A program made the translations under genes and the position numbers. A stretch of 64,000 bases of DNA from Bigelowiella natans CCMP2755. Its lineage: Eukaryota; Protista; Cercozoa. The stretch is from contig ADNK01001076.1 in NCBI GenBank assembly GCA_000320545.1, positions 193,139 through 257,138 of the forward strand, given 5' to 3'. Below the pieces are notes generated by a model. It saw only the letters and a list, made by a program, of their open reading frames with translations. It was not told the DNA's origin and did not search any database. Shown here in pieces: positions 18,051 through 33,184 of the stretch (the first letter of the stretch is position 1; every line of letters starts with the position of its first letter).

Positions 18051-19550
18051 ATATTAAAAGCAACAGTATTCCTCCTCCTCCTCCTCCTCACCCCCCTTCC
18101 TTAGTCTAATGCTGTTTGCTTACTACTACAATACTACTGCTTCTCCTACCTGTTACGGGATTCCAAAAGTACCATTTACCAGACTGATTGAAAAGATGAA
18201 ATATTATATTAAGCATTTTTAATGATGATGATGATCTTGAGTTACTGGATTGAATGAGGGAACAAGTGATAATAACCTTATCGTCCTTTGACATTTTCCA
18301 AGGAGTTGTGACGCTTGTTTGCTTACGATTGTTGATATATGTTGGTTTCCCAAATTTGGGTGCTCCGGGGTCTTGCTTCTGTATAATGATGATGATGATG
18401 ATGATGATGATGTTGTTAATGCTGATAATAATTACCATATCCTTAAGCCTTTTCTTCTCCTCCTCTTCTAGTTCCTATGGGAGTGTGTAGAGGAAGAGGT
18501 AGAGAACAAGAGGTAGAGGAAGGTGTGGGAGGGGGTAGGTAGTGTGGTTGATATGATATGATATGATATGATATATATAATAAGCAGCTAATTATTTGAC
18601 GAGAAGGAGCACCTACCTTAGGATTTTTGATCATTCTTAGCCAGTAGAGGTGATCATGCATTGCATGCATCACTGTACGGCACATCAGATACGAATTGTA
18701 TCCTCGAGATCTATTAACAATTGATTATTGTTTGCAGATAATAACAGTAGTAGTAGTAGTAGTAGTAGCAGTAGCAGTCAAAGGAGAAAAGTCAGAGAGG
18801 GGTAATGAAGAATTATCAAATTGTGTTTTATTGATAAAATAGTTGAAGAATACTGATGATGCAGGTCCTACTGACCCTCCTCCTCCTCCTCCTCCTCCTC
18901 CTCCTCTCCTTTCTCTTTATCATCATCATCATTATCTCCATAATATACTCGTTCTTAGTTATTACCTTGCAGTCCCTAGATCACGAACCCACCCAGGCTC
19001 ATTCACCTGATAATATGATGATGATGATGATGATGACGATGATGACGATGCGTGTGAGCTCAGGCGTCTTATCGTTATTATTCAATAGTGTGTTGTTTGT
19101 TTATGGTAGTGGTGTATTAGTGGAACTAGTAGTAGTAGTAGTAGTAGTAGTAGTACAATTGGCTCTGGTGCTCCAAGAATCATACTTTGAATCGATAGTA
19201 ACACCTAGTAGTAGTATACGATGATGATGATGATGATGATTATGATGATGATGACAACAACCACAACCACCAACAACGCGCATATAATATTACATATAAT
19301 ATACAACCATCATATCATCAGAGCTGATAACAAACAAGATGTCCACACACACACACTCTTTCCAAAAAAGAAGAACAAGAAGATACATACATACATACAT
19401 ACATACATACATACTACTACCTGCAATATATTTGAGTAGGAGGGATCCCATCCAGGCCCTGACCACGTACCGAGAAGCGATAAACAAACCTAATAATAAG
19501 ATCAACAACAATAATAAGAAGAGCGCCTTTGGAATAATGATGATTTCATC

Positions 19551-19582
<32 letters not shown>

Positions 19583-20892
19583 CACCTTGCCATTGTTGTA
19601 TAGATTTGGATTAAAGCGTACGGTAGCCCTGTTAGTTGTGATGATCTTGCATTTTGGTGGAGCAGCAGGGTAATTACTTGGAACCCAAATATCAAAGAAG
19701 AACACCTAAAGAAGAAGAAGAAGAAGAAGAAGAAGAAGAAGAAGAAAAAGGAAAAGGAAATGATCATAACGATGACGATGGTGATGGTGATGATGAAAGA
19801 AGAGGAGGAGGAGGAGGAGGAGGAGAAGGATGATGGTGGGAGAGAAAGATGAAAAAAGGAGGAGGAGGAGGAGGAGGAGGGGGAGTTCTCTCATATATTT
19901 GCGATTAGTTCAATGTGTTTAAAGCAGCAGTAAACAACAACAACAACAACAAACAACACTGCGAACAAGAAGTTGAAGAAACAGTAATTAATTAATTAAT
20001 TTCATTACCCCATTCTCATAAGGTGCATCACCAGGTGCCATGATGCAAGCTCGCATCAAATCCATACGTGAATTGTCTACTCTTAGGAAAATTCCGTATG
20101 GCAAACCTGTGGATAGATACATATGATAAACAAATAAATGGTAATAGTGAGTTACTTGATGATGATGATAGCAGTAGTGCTACAAAAGAAGAAGATGCAG
20201 AAGAAGATGATGAAAAGAGGTGGTAGATTAAGATTGTTTAACTGTGGTCATCATCATTATCATCATCATCATCATCATCATCGAACATTGTGCTGCTACT
20301 TCTTCTACTTCTTCATCTTCTTCTTTTTGTGACTACTACATAGTATTTGACAGATAATAATAATACCAGTCATCAGCGAACCGATTTCCTGTGTGAGTCG
20401 TCTGATCACTTTGGGGGGGGGGGGAGATCGCTCTGCATCCTTTTTGAACGTGTGCGTGACCTTTGACGACATTAAGTCGATCTGATGTGTTTCAATAATA
20501 ATACAAAAACAAATCAATCAATGCAGATAATGATAAAATGATGCTGCAGCTAGATGATGATAATGATGATAATGAAGATGCTCATGAATCATCATCATCA
20601 GCATATCTTCTGGGAACACTTGGGTGAGAATACTTTTATCCTCCTTCTACTGCTTACTCACTTTTGTTTCTTACCATTACATCTTAGTTATTATTAATAC
20701 CATATTGACAGCAATCGTCTGCATTCGATTATTGTGGAGCTTGGTCTCATCGTTGTTAGAGGATGATGATGATGATGATCCAGCATCACACACTTTCTTC
20801 CCTGATTTTCTACGGGATTTAATCAACGTCTTGTGTTGTGTGAGAATGGCAGCGATGATTCGATCAACCTACGTACGAAGTAATAGTAGAAA

Positions 20893-20927
<35 letters not shown>

Positions 20928-21327
20928 ACAGTAGTCATGGAGGAAGAAGAAGAAGAAGAAGAAGAAGAAGAGGATTATGATGATGAAGATGATGATGAAG
21001 AAGAGGAGATATTTTGATGAACAAGATATGTGCTGTAGCTGGTTGCTTCTTCTCCGCACATCCTCTACTTACTAGCTAGTACCTCAATATTATGTACACA
21101 CATATAGTATATATATATATATATATATATATTATAAAAATTCATCATTGCCTCTGCAGCAAATTCTGAGACTTTGATCATGTCAGCATCAGTCGTCGTT
21201 GTAGTCGTCTTCTGCTCTCCCCCCGGCGATGATGAGGATGAGGATGATAATGATGATGTGATATATACACTTACCTAACAACAACACAACATTTGATGTT
21301 ATATGATGATGATGATGATGATGCTAC

Positions 21328-21361
<34 letters not shown>

Positions 21362-21369
21362 CATGTAGG

Positions 21370-21400
<31 letters not shown>

Positions 21401-22603
21401 GGTTGGTGCTCTTTCTGTAACTACAAACTACATACCCAAATCGTCGTCTTCTCTCCTTTCGCGCTGCTATATACTACAACAACTACTACTACTACTACTC
21501 AATACACAGCACCTGTCGCTTAATCGATTCCAACAACGAGATAATATCTGCTCTCCCTGCGGATTCATTTTTCTCCAATATCTCCACCTTTGAGCATAAT
21601 AATGGATGAATGGATTGCCACGATGATCTATTTAATCAATCGTCGTCATCACTGATTAGTATAAACGCTACGACGTGGCAGCAGGTGAATGATGCAATGG
21701 CGACAGTTGAATATGATGATAATTGACTTAATAACGAGCAGCCAGATAGATAATATGTGAGACGATGATAATGATGATGATGATGATGATGACGATATCT
21801 TACTGTGGTTGGATATAACAAAATATATAATAATAATCATCACCCCAACGTCGAGTGCCACAGCCTCGCAAGTTTTCAGGACAGCTGCGTAACAATGTAG
21901 AAGGAAGAGAAAAGGGGGGGGGGTGATGTTTGTGAGTAGTAATGGACGATATATTGACATATTTTTTATTCAGATTAGATTACCAATGTGCTTCCCTTTC
22001 TCTCTCTTTCTCTCTCTTTCTCGGTGTAAAATATTTATGCTACTTCTACGTACGACAACAACTTCTTCTATGGTGATGATATTAATGATGATGATGATGA
22101 TGATGATGATAATAACACCTAGGTAGAGTGGCTGTCTCTCTGCAATTTGCATGAACGATGACCTCAGGTAATTCGCCTGATGATAAATAAGATAAGATAA
22201 AAGAACACTGCTATAAATATCCACCAAACGACACATCACATCTTGCAACTAAGACAGAAAATGAATCTTATCTTAGGTAAGATCACTACCAACTACTACT
22301 ACTACCACTACCAGCACCACATCTAGTACTACCAAGTATGGATTGAGTGATGCAAGCAATAGCTCCTCTCTGATGAATTATATGAAAGAGAAAATAAGAT
22401 GAAGATGAAGAAGAAGAAGAAGAAGAAGAAGAAGAAGAAGAACAAGAAGAAGCAGAGACAATGATGATGATGATGATGATGATTGTTCCAGAACTGTATT
22501 ATCGTAAATTTATTTTGCTTCTACTTGTGATTTTAGCTTCCTATTAACAATATGTGTGAGATGATGGCGATTTATAATGATTATGATGATTATCATCATT
22601 ACC

Positions 22604-22639
<36 letters not shown>

Positions 22640-23081
22640 AACATGTAGCAAAAGACATAATTATACATTGACGTTGATAAAACAGCAAGTTTGTGAGTTT
22701 ACTCATACTAACATTGATCAGCATCACCATCATCATCATCATCATCATCATCATCTTCTTCATCATAGTAGTAGTAGTAGTAGTAGCAGTACTAGTACTT
22801 GTGCTTATCAATGCTGATTTCATGCGTTTTGGTCTCGGCGAGTAGGGTGACGATGCAACGAAGCAACAGCTAATAATAATAATAATAATGTCAGAGTACC
22901 AGATGATCGATCGTGTACAATGGAAAATGATTTTAAATAATGATACTGTGCATCTTGTGTCGTAGAGAAGAACAAAGAAGAAGAAGAAGAAGCTACATCT
23001 AACTTATCACCATAATAATATCAATAATTCGAATTCATTCATCTTGTCATTTTTATCATAAATATTATTATCCGGTGAGGA

Positions 23082-23130
<49 letters not shown>

Positions 23131-23252
23131 CTCCTCCTCCTCCCCCTCCTACTATTACTACCTCAGAAAATCCATCCGTTATCTTTTGCTCCTTCTTCTT
23201 GTCCGCGATCGCTTTTCTGTGCATTATCATCATCATTATCACCATCGTCATT

Positions 23253-23286
<34 letters not shown>

Positions 23287-24038
23287 GTATCATCATCCAT
23301 TCATCTAGCTACCTTGCTTTTGTGTCAATCCCTGCCGCACCTCCATACCCAATACCTCCAGATTGTGCATTTCCTGATGATGAGGAGGCAGAGCTGTTAT
23401 AGCTTATGCCACTAATAACAGCTTTCTTCACGACAATAACCTGAAGTACAAACAATAATAAGTGAGTTGGTTTAAGGAGGAGGAGGAAGAGGAGGAGGAG
23501 ACAATGAAGGAAGAAAAGTTTCTTCAGTCTAACCCTACTACTACTACTACTACTAGCATGTATAGTTGTCATAATTATCATCCTTTCTTTCATTGATTCA
23601 TCTGATCTCTATCTATCAATCCTCACACCGCATCATCATCATCATCATTATCTCGTCATCATCGTCCCACTTCATACTAATACATACTAATACGTACTAC
23701 TGCTACGACCTCTGGGCCTTTAGTAGTAGCTTCTTCAGCCTTGTCTAACTTTTTGCCATCATTATCATCATCTTGCTTCTTCTTCTTCAACAACTCTTGT
23801 TCCCTTTTCCGTTTTTTCTCTTCCTGCTCAGCTGCCTTGCGTTCTTTCTCGATGTTTTTAAGTTTTTCTTGTCTTGATGTTGTTTTCCCAGTCATTTTAC
23901 CTTTTGATCATCCATCAATCATATCTCCATCGATGACTAATAAATTTGCTTCGCTCGTCCTTTCCTCCCTCATTCTTTGCTCACCCCCCTCCCCCCCCCC
24001 TCATTCTCTTTCCAGCGTACTACTACAGCCTCTACTAC

Positions 24039-24084
<46 letters not shown>

Positions 24085-24145
24085 GTGTGTTGGTGGTGGT
24101 TGAAATGAACAAACATGAACTATTACACTACATAATAATACATAC

Positions 24146-24176
<31 letters not shown>

Positions 24177-25032
24177 TTACTGTAGTGAATATCCAACACT
24201 TCCAGCAATACAAGCAGCTGCAAATAGGACGCTGCTGCAGCGCAGATATCGTTGGACATAACCTTGTTGTTGTTGTTGCAAAAGAGAGGAGGTAGAATGT
24301 AGAGTAGCAAATGACGATGATGATGACGATGATGATGACGAAGAAATAAGCATCATCATCAGTAGCAGCAGCAGTAACTCACACAAACAAGCTCTACAAC
24401 AACAACAACTACCACTATTACTACCTTCTCATTGGAAAGGTTAAAGACTTTTTTCATTTTATCTTCCATGTCCTTGGTAACAGCCTGAACTTGCTTCTAT
24501 TGGAAGAGAACAAATCATCGTAACGAATTGGAAGAAGAAGAATGAAAATAATCACCACCACCATTATTATCATCATCATCATCATCATCATCACCATCAC
24601 CTGCATGGAATTCCGAGAGCTTACTCCCTGAAACAGCAGCAGCAATTAGTTTGGTGAGTTATAATTGCTTTGTTATGTAGAGCAGTATCACCCTAGTGAT
24701 GTGTGACACATATACATCAAGAATATTGACTCCTTCACCAGTTGATTAGTTTAGGGTGTTAATTGTTATATATAATAATAATAATAGTAATAATAATAAT
24801 ATATGTATGCATCGTGATAATTATTACACAGATCAGGTTAGCATCATGCTGGTAATACTACTACTACAACTAGGCAACAACTACTACTTTATTAATCTTG
24901 AGTGCTTTTGATGTAATGTCTTTGTACAGAGCTTGACCCTTCTTAGCCGTATTCCACCGAGATAACGATAAATCCTATTATTGGTATTATTAGCATCATT
25001 ATTATTACTATTATTGTTCGTGTTCATTTAGT

Positions 25033-25067
<35 letters not shown>

Positions 25068-25305
25068 ATTATTGTCGTCGTCTTTGTCATCATAAATAAA
25101 CCAACAATCACTACTACTAGTAGTAGTACCGCATATTCCGCGATTAGAATGAGCGCGGTACCCTTTAACTCCATGAGCTCTGGTGGTACAACCCTTGGTA
25201 GGTAATACATCATGTTGTTGTTCTTCTTCTTGTTCTCCTTTAAGAAAAGGTGGTGATTTGCAGCTACACCATTTATGATCTCGAGGCCAGCCTACAAGTG
25301 TATTG

Positions 25306-25336
<31 letters not shown>

Positions 25337-25910
25337 GCATCTTGCAAAAGTCGTTCTACTCATCGATGATGATGAAAATCGTATACTCCTTCTCTCAATG
25401 TAAGGATCACTTACTTGATTCCTCTCAGTAGATTTTTGCCGTTCTAGTGTGATCAACTGCCATGTCGTCTTTGCCATTGTCACTGGCTCGAAGGACTGTT
25501 GTCGGCTCAAATCTGGTAGATTTGACTGTGCAATAGTAACAAGATGAGGATGATTGCAAGCAAAGAAGATCACGATTAGAAGATCACGACTATTTATCTC
25601 ACGAGCAAATTCTAACATCTGTGTAAATCCACTAAAACAATAAAATAGTGTGGTATTGCAATAATTATCCCCTTCCTCTTGCCCACCACCACCATCATCA
25701 TCATCATCATCATCATCATTGTTATCATTATCATCATCAAAAGCAGCAGCAGCAGCAGCAGCAGTATTTTATGTAGAAGTAAACAAACACATATATACCG
25801 GAAGGGCGAGATGACCGTCCTTGTCATTACTCTGCTTCTTAAAATTGAAAATTGATTTTTCCTTTTTTTCCTTCTGTTTCTTCGAGGAGGAGGAGGTGGA
25901 GGAGGAGCTG
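15864..25910 (-). CDS. BIRC6/Apollon-C-terminus-like ubiquitin-conjugating enzyme (UBC domain), multi-exon; start uncertain
   Basis: Spliced RRLTQEIGSLMT|GLPYGIFLRVDNSRMDLMRACIMAPGDAPYENG|VFFFDIWVPSNYPAAPPKCKIITTNRATVRFNPNLYNNGK|VCLSLLGTWSGPGWDP (catalytic Cys present). Upstream GIGYGG and YLRSSFMQIAERQPLY, downstream EGFTEVLSTHFWLKKRHI, all BIRC6-like. Ends EEEESDQDDY* at 15864. Confidence 0.85.
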
Positions 25911-25916
25911 TCAATC

Positions 25917-25953
<37 letters not shown>

Positions 25954-26017
25954 GTGTAGGAGCTGTCAATCTGAGTAGTAGTAGTAGTAGTAGTAGTAGG
26001 TGTAGGAGCTGTCAATC

Positions 26018-26053
<36 letters not shown>

Positions 26054-26093
26054 ATAGTAGCAGTAGTAATAGTTGTAGAAGTCCACATTCTTA

Positions 26094-26392
26094 TTATTCT
26101 TGTTTGATGTTCTCCTTTGATTTACTATCATCAATACAACCCTTACAACAATAGCAACAAGAACAATAATGATGGTAACAGCATAGGGTGAGGAGGAGCT
26201 CCTTACTGCTACCTTGTTCTTGTTGTTGTTGTAAGTTATACACGACGTAGCGTAGAATTGCCTTCGAGCATCCGGAATAAATGGATACGAGACATTGTGA
26301 ATTTCATCCCAATCTCCTTTGAAGTGGCGAGGGAGGGCGGGAGGGAAAGGGTCTTATGCGAAACTTTTAAAAGGATAGAAAGAGAGGGAGAC

Positions 26393-26451
<59 letters not shown>

Positions 26452-27371
26452 AGAATAAGAATGAGAATAAGAAACAACAAATTGATAATTATAATGATGA
26501 TGATAGTAATGGTAGTTGATGAGAAGAAGTTATTAGTAGTACTACCTGTGATTTGGTTTAGGCTATGCAATGTCCATACAGTAGGATCACGCCATTTGTT
26601 GGAACTTGAAGTACGGAATCGGTATTTGAGTAAAGGGCCTATTGTTATTTGTTGGTTTGATGATGATGATAATCATGATGATGATGATGAGTTGTTGTTG
26701 TTCAACACTGATCAACAATGATGATCTCCCTCTTTACCAATACAATGTACCACAGTATTACTTGTTGTAGGAAGAAGAAGAAGAAAAAGAACGAATATGA
26801 GAATATACTCTCCTCTCCCCCACCCTCCCTCCCTCCCTGCCTGCTGTCTACCTCCTACCTGTTGTTGTTGCCGTAAGACTCTTCTACTATTACTACTACT
26901 ACAACTATTACTACTACTAACACTACATCATGCTGCTGCTACTATCACTAAATCTCTTTGTACTATTATTACTTGTAAATATCATCATTACCAAGAGAGT
27001 TTACAAATGTAAAGATCAGCGTGGATTGATGGCGCTCTTTCCATGCGAAATCTCTACAGAAAGAGAGAGAGGGAAGAGGGGAGACTTAAAATTATCGTTA
27101 TGGCTATTGAAAAGGTAGAAAAGTGAATAATCTCCTATTGCATGCTGCTGCTTCTTGTCGTCGTGTTACTCTCATTGCTTTGAGATTTGAATAAATAAAT
27201 TTGGAGAGATTTTGTTAAAATTGTTAAAGTCTATTCCCTTGTTCTTCTGTTAAGACATGCATGTGTAATACGTGCCTATTCCCTTGTTCTTCTGTTAAGA
27301 CATGCATGTGTAATACGTGCTTCTTCTTCCCACCTCCACTCTTGGTATCCATATACAAATGGAGGTCTAAT

Positions 27372-27406
<35 letters not shown>

Positions 27407-27464
27407 CTGCTGGGTCAACAACTTCAGTGGTGAAATAACCGATCAGAGAGAAGGCAGAGAGAGA

Positions 27465-27503
<39 letters not shown>

Positions 27504-27778
27504 GAAAAAGATCTATGACTTATATTAAATGAACGAACGTGTATTACTACTACTACTACGGTGCATTGTAAAATAAATGATAACATAGTAATTGCACATG
27601 GAGTTCGTATCGTAGTACTACCTGAGGGAATCCATGTTGTGAAGGGTGCCATTCTTGTTGCTGCCTCCAGGATTCTCGATGTGAATCGGGGTAAAAACCT
27701 ACAAAACAAACACACACAATGATATACACGATTCTCGATGTGGATCGGGGTAAAAATCTACACACACACACACACACA

Positions 27779-27810
<32 letters not shown>

Positions 27811-27846
27811 AATGATATAATGTATGTATATAAAAATAAATCTATG

Positions 27847-27901
<55 letters not shown>

Positions 27902-28483
27902 GATGGTTCGTAGTGGTAGTAATAGTAATATAGTAGTAGTAGCAGTAGTAGGAAGGGGAGGAGGAAGAGGAGTAGTGGTAAGGGTTTGGGCAACAACGCA
28001 CATTATTCTCAGTATTATTGCTGTTATTGTTCCTCTTATATTATTGTTATTGTTGTTACTAGTTGCTATTATTATTATATTATTATTGTTATTATTATTG
28101 TTATTGTTGATGATGATGATGATGTTGTGGTGGTATTGGTGGAATTTATTCCAGACATGACCTGTCCTCCAGTAAATGTCGCTGCCGTAGTATGAAACTT
28201 CTTCTCGATCCAATCCCCCCAGTTCATAAACCGAAACTATCACATAGTAGTTGTCAGTCAGTCAGCCACTCACTCACTCACACGTTGGAGAAGAAGGAAG
28301 AAGAAGGAAGAAGAAGAAGAAGAAGAAGAAGAAGAAGAAGAAGCAGAAAACAGTTGGTTGTTGCAAGATCATCACCTCTTTAAAAAACTACTAAGAATAA
28401 TAAGAAATAATAGCATAGTAGTTGCTGTTCTTGTTAAATGTTTGCTGTTGTTGCAGCTGCTGCTGCTGATGATGACGACGACG

Positions 28484-28514
<31 letters not shown>

Positions 28515-28580
28515 GTAATATACCTGAATACCACCAAGGGCTAGGCTCTTTGCGCTGCCACGTGCCTGCGTGAATCTACC

Positions 28581-28611
<31 letters not shown>

Positions 28612-28619
28612 GTAAACAC

Positions 28620-28659
<40 letters not shown>

Positions 28660-28676
28660 TTAACACAAAACACATC

Positions 28677-28717
<41 letters not shown>

Positions 28718-28834
28718 ATACATTACGCACATCTGTTACGATGACAATGAAAATGTTGTTGTGGTAGTAATCAACAATGAATGAATGAATGATTACCAAC
28801 TACTATCACCAAACAAAGCAAGCAATTCGTGCTG

Positions 28835-28883
<49 letters not shown>

Positions 28884-29113
28884 GTACTGTCCCTCCTCCC
28901 ACCTCCTCCCACCTCCCCTCCCTTCATCTACAACTGACCTGAATGCGTAGACACGAGTGTACGCAGGACGAATATTCTCAGGCTGATGACGAGAGAATCA
29001 TGAAAGGGATGGAGATAAAGTGATCGGAGAACAGAAATAATAACATATATGGCGAAATGACGTTGAAATGAAAGTCTACTATCACAACCCAGATGGAAAT
29101 CATCTACATAATT

Positions 29114-29146
<33 letters not shown>

Positions 29147-31692
29147 GTAATGATGATAAGATGGATAGGGAAATACCGCTTAGTCGGTACAAACACACAC
29201 GCATGCACAAGAACTTGTGGCAAAATAAAACAAATGACTAACAGCAGATAAGAGGTTATTAGGTATGAGATGATACGTATTACTGCTACTACAACAACTA
29301 CTACTACTACTACATTTATAAGAATTGTTTCTTTAGCGTTGCCTTTTCCGACCCGATACGTCATCTATTAACCGAAAAGACAACCGATGTCAACAATAAC
29401 AAATCAATCATCATTATCATCATCATCATCATCATCATCATCATCGTGAACATGATAGCCAATCATCAGAGCTATTAAACATAATATGAGGGGGAGGAGG
29501 AGTAGCTTTACATTAGCAGGGCAAATGGCATTAGACAATTAACTGATCACTTATATAATAATATAATAATTATATAATATTTACATTCATATCATTGACA
29601 TACTAATATTACAATCACTATCTTTACTACCGTATTCAACATCATCATTACTGTCATCGTTAAAACTATAATTTTTCTCATCGTCATTTTTGCCTTAATG
29701 CGCTCAGTTTCCTTCTGATCAGGACCCTCAGAAATCCCACGCACACCATTATACTGGATGTATGATCATCATCATCATCATCATCTTAACTTTCATGATC
29801 ATAATCAAAACTATCACCCCATTATTATTATTATTATTTTTATTATCATTATTTTTATATAATTATTATCACACACCACCACCACCACCACCACTTCCAT
29901 TATCATCATAACCTAGCAACCATGGTCATCAGCATAATATCCATCCCCCCCTTTTGGTTAAACTATTCGTGTCAATATCATTACACGTCGTCATAGTAGT
30001 TGTCACATGTCTCTTATTCTTTTTCTATTAATGTCGCACAGTATATACACACACACACATAAATTCAATAAATTTATATCCAGTAGCAAAAATTTTTGGG
30101 ACTTTTGTCATATCTTTCAGGCCGTAGATTTCCATATATTTGCCTTTTGACTTTCCCTTGCCTTCACCATTCTATCACGAAACATAGCTACTGTGATGAA
30201 AGTTAACACATGCTTGCATGGTAATTTTGTCCATGATTTGCATTTGTTATAATTTCTTCCTTTTAAAGTTGTAAATATATATTATATTTATTTATATTTG
30301 GTACCCAACGACGTCATCCGTCATCATTACCGTCGGTCATGACATCTCATGTAATTCATTATTATTGTTGTTGTTCATCCGATTCATTTATTTACTTACT
30401 ACCTCGAACACAGCTTCAGCGCCAAAAAACTCCTCAAAACTGAGCATTCCATCGCTGTTCTGGTCGATTTTCTGCGAGCGACAAGAAAAAAAGGTTGGTT
30501 TGGTTTGGTTTGTAGGCAGGTATGGGATGATGATTGACACCAATAAGTGGAATATGTGTGGAGAGAGGGAAGAAGAAGAAGAAGAAGAAGAAGAAGAAGA
30601 AGAGAGAAGCTAGTAGGATATCAGCCAAGTGTGCGTTCTTCTTCGAACACAACTGGTAGTGTCATCATCCTCTCTCCTCGGATAATGATATTATATCGTA
30701 CTTCTATATCATATGTTGACGTAGTAGTAGTAGTAGTTGTTGTAGTAGTAGTAATATATCTTTTGTGTATACTTCTTATTTATTGTTTTACGGAACAATA
30801 ATACCTTCATTGCGGCTGCAACTAGTTCATTGCCCTGGTCTGATGTGACCACGCTGCGAGAAAGGGGGGGGGTGGGAGAGGAGGGAGATGAACGTGATGA
30901 GCAGAATTACCCAGGGATTCATATTTCATCCATCATGTGATATTATACATAGTAGGCGCGGTTCATCAGATTGAATAGATGTGGTGCTATCATAAATATG
31001 AATGTTGCGTTTCTTATGAGATTACATCAGCTTCTGCGCTATTAGTATTATTTCTTCTATTTACTCTTCTAATTGTGATCTATTTCTAATCACCCCTACT
31101 ACCCTCTTTGTATCTGCAAAGCTTTGAGGTCACTAAGAAATTTCTCGGCTTCCTTTCGTTCGAGCATACCTACACAACACACACACACACACACATAAGT
31201 ACGTACGTAAGCACAACACACCGCACAACACATGCACGCGGCAAAGTTGCTTAAATACATGGGATATTGCTCTTGTGCCTTTTTTGATTTAGTACCAGAT
31301 TTGTCCATGTCATAACATGCAAATGCCTGCCTCGCTTGCTCTTCATGCTCCTTCGTAAATTTACCCTGTGTGGGGGGGGATGGATGTGATGATCGAATAT
31401 CACAAAAGAGGAGCCTCCATTATCGACTTAATACTACTTCAGGAAGTACAAATATCTGAGGGAGAGGCATCGAATATGACATGAAAGGGCCTTCAATATG
31501 AAATTAGAAAGCACAAAATATCCGAGGGGGAAAATCGTGCATACAAGGGGGCTTTACAAACAAGTACATACACGCATGCAGATGCACACATACACATACA
31601 CATACACACAAACCTACCTTAAAATTGATGTGGGAGAGAAGAGATTTTCCAAGCTGGGCATTCTCCTCAGGAAGTGAAGATCCGATTCCCAT
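26094..31692 (-). CDS. N-myristoylated EF-hand protein, probably continuing into an aromatic-rich, discoidin/galactose-binding-like C-terminal domain
   Basis: MGIGSS (MGxxxS); EF loops AFACYDMDKS|GMLERKEAEKFL and KIDQNSDGMLSFEEFF; distal exons KYRFRTSSSNKWRDPTVWTLHSLNQIT|GDWDEIHNVSYPFIPDARRQFY. Continuity of the middle exons and the stop position are uncertain. Confidence 0.6.
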
Positions 31693-33184
31693 TTTTCTTC
31701 CTGTATGTAATAAGTATCAGATCTTTGGAAGAGGAATTTCATTCACCGTTTTGGCGTGAAATTCTTCTGCAGATTTATACATCCCTATACTCCCAGTAGC
31801 AGGGGGTTGTTGTTGTACGCGAAGATTTGGTGTACGTACGTTAGCCCAGTAAGCATGCATCAAAAACGTGGAGAACAATGGGGATCAAGTTCGTCTTCTT
31901 ACTATATGCTACTCCTCCTCTTAAAAAACCATGGTGAACTGTGAATTGAATGAAGAGGCACAAGAATGCTGCGGATGGGCTGAGCTGCAACTACTGCTGC
32001 TTCGTACTATATCAATAGTAGAGGTAGATGCCGCTCCGTCAACCGATTGATCAATCGATGATGCAATGAAATTTACCACGAGGTGATTGGTTGTTTAGAG
32101 GACGAGTGGCCACTTTCCCATAAAAATCCTTTTATTTTCTGTCGTATAGACAAATATGCCTAGATCTATGTCCACCTATTCTTCGAATATCTTTGAATAC
32201 GAGTAGATCTATAAAAACAACTCAAGGAAATTTCCTGAGCATGACCAGGTGCAAATGGAGATATTATTATTATTTTTTTCCAAGAAATTTTCTCCGTTTC
32301 AGAATTGAGTGTAGCAAAATAATAGTTACCTTATCAGTGGACACTGGGCATTTTCCCTAAATTTGGGGATGCGTGAGCACTTTTTGGTTTTTGGAGTCTA
32401 TTTCAAAAGCTACGACATAAAACTGGTCTTACCGCAACGTGGATAATTGAGATTTAATGCATGACTGAAAGTTAGCCCACACCATCCTAATAGATTAAAT
32501 TTAGACAGAATGAGGTTGTCACATATCAGAAATATAGGCTATCTTTTACTAACATGTGCACGTTAAGTCAAAATCTACGACCTGGATCACTCAGACACGC
32601 AAAGCCCCCCGTGTAATGATGTGATCACGCATACCTTATGTTTGAGGGCAGGGGCTGGGTTTTTAGATTAGAGGGTTCTTGATCGCACCCCATGACATGC
32701 GCGTCGCACATTAACATGGAGTATCGGTTGATCTATAACTATTCTCCAAATCGTGCGGATGCCAGAGCGACTACTTCGATGACTATGGTGTGAATGCCCT
32801 GTATCCTCCAGGGACATTCTTGAACAGTCACCGTATAGATCCAATTGGTGTAGCAAATGAACAAGTGAAGGATTATTTGATATCATGTTGAGGGAGTTTT
32901 CCCAAGTTGTCCTAATATTGTCTGGATTCTTTCATCATATTCTGTTTAGGAGCTTTGGTCTCACAGCCAGTGCAAGGTAGTTGAAGACTTGTGATGAGAG
33001 CATTGTGACGCCCCCGAAGATGACCAAATACATTGTTACACACTCTGAAATTTTATGAGGAACAAAATTAGCGGATTTCTCTGAGGGGATCTTATTCACC
33101 CCCTTCTCACCCTAATCGAATTTCACAACATGAAGTCACATTTTCCGCGATTTAGGAACTTTCGGATGGACATCCAAATACATT

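Noticed and set aside
16396-31308. Many ORFs of poly-YI, HT, CV, ER, M or L
   Set aside because: Translations of intronic microsatellites.
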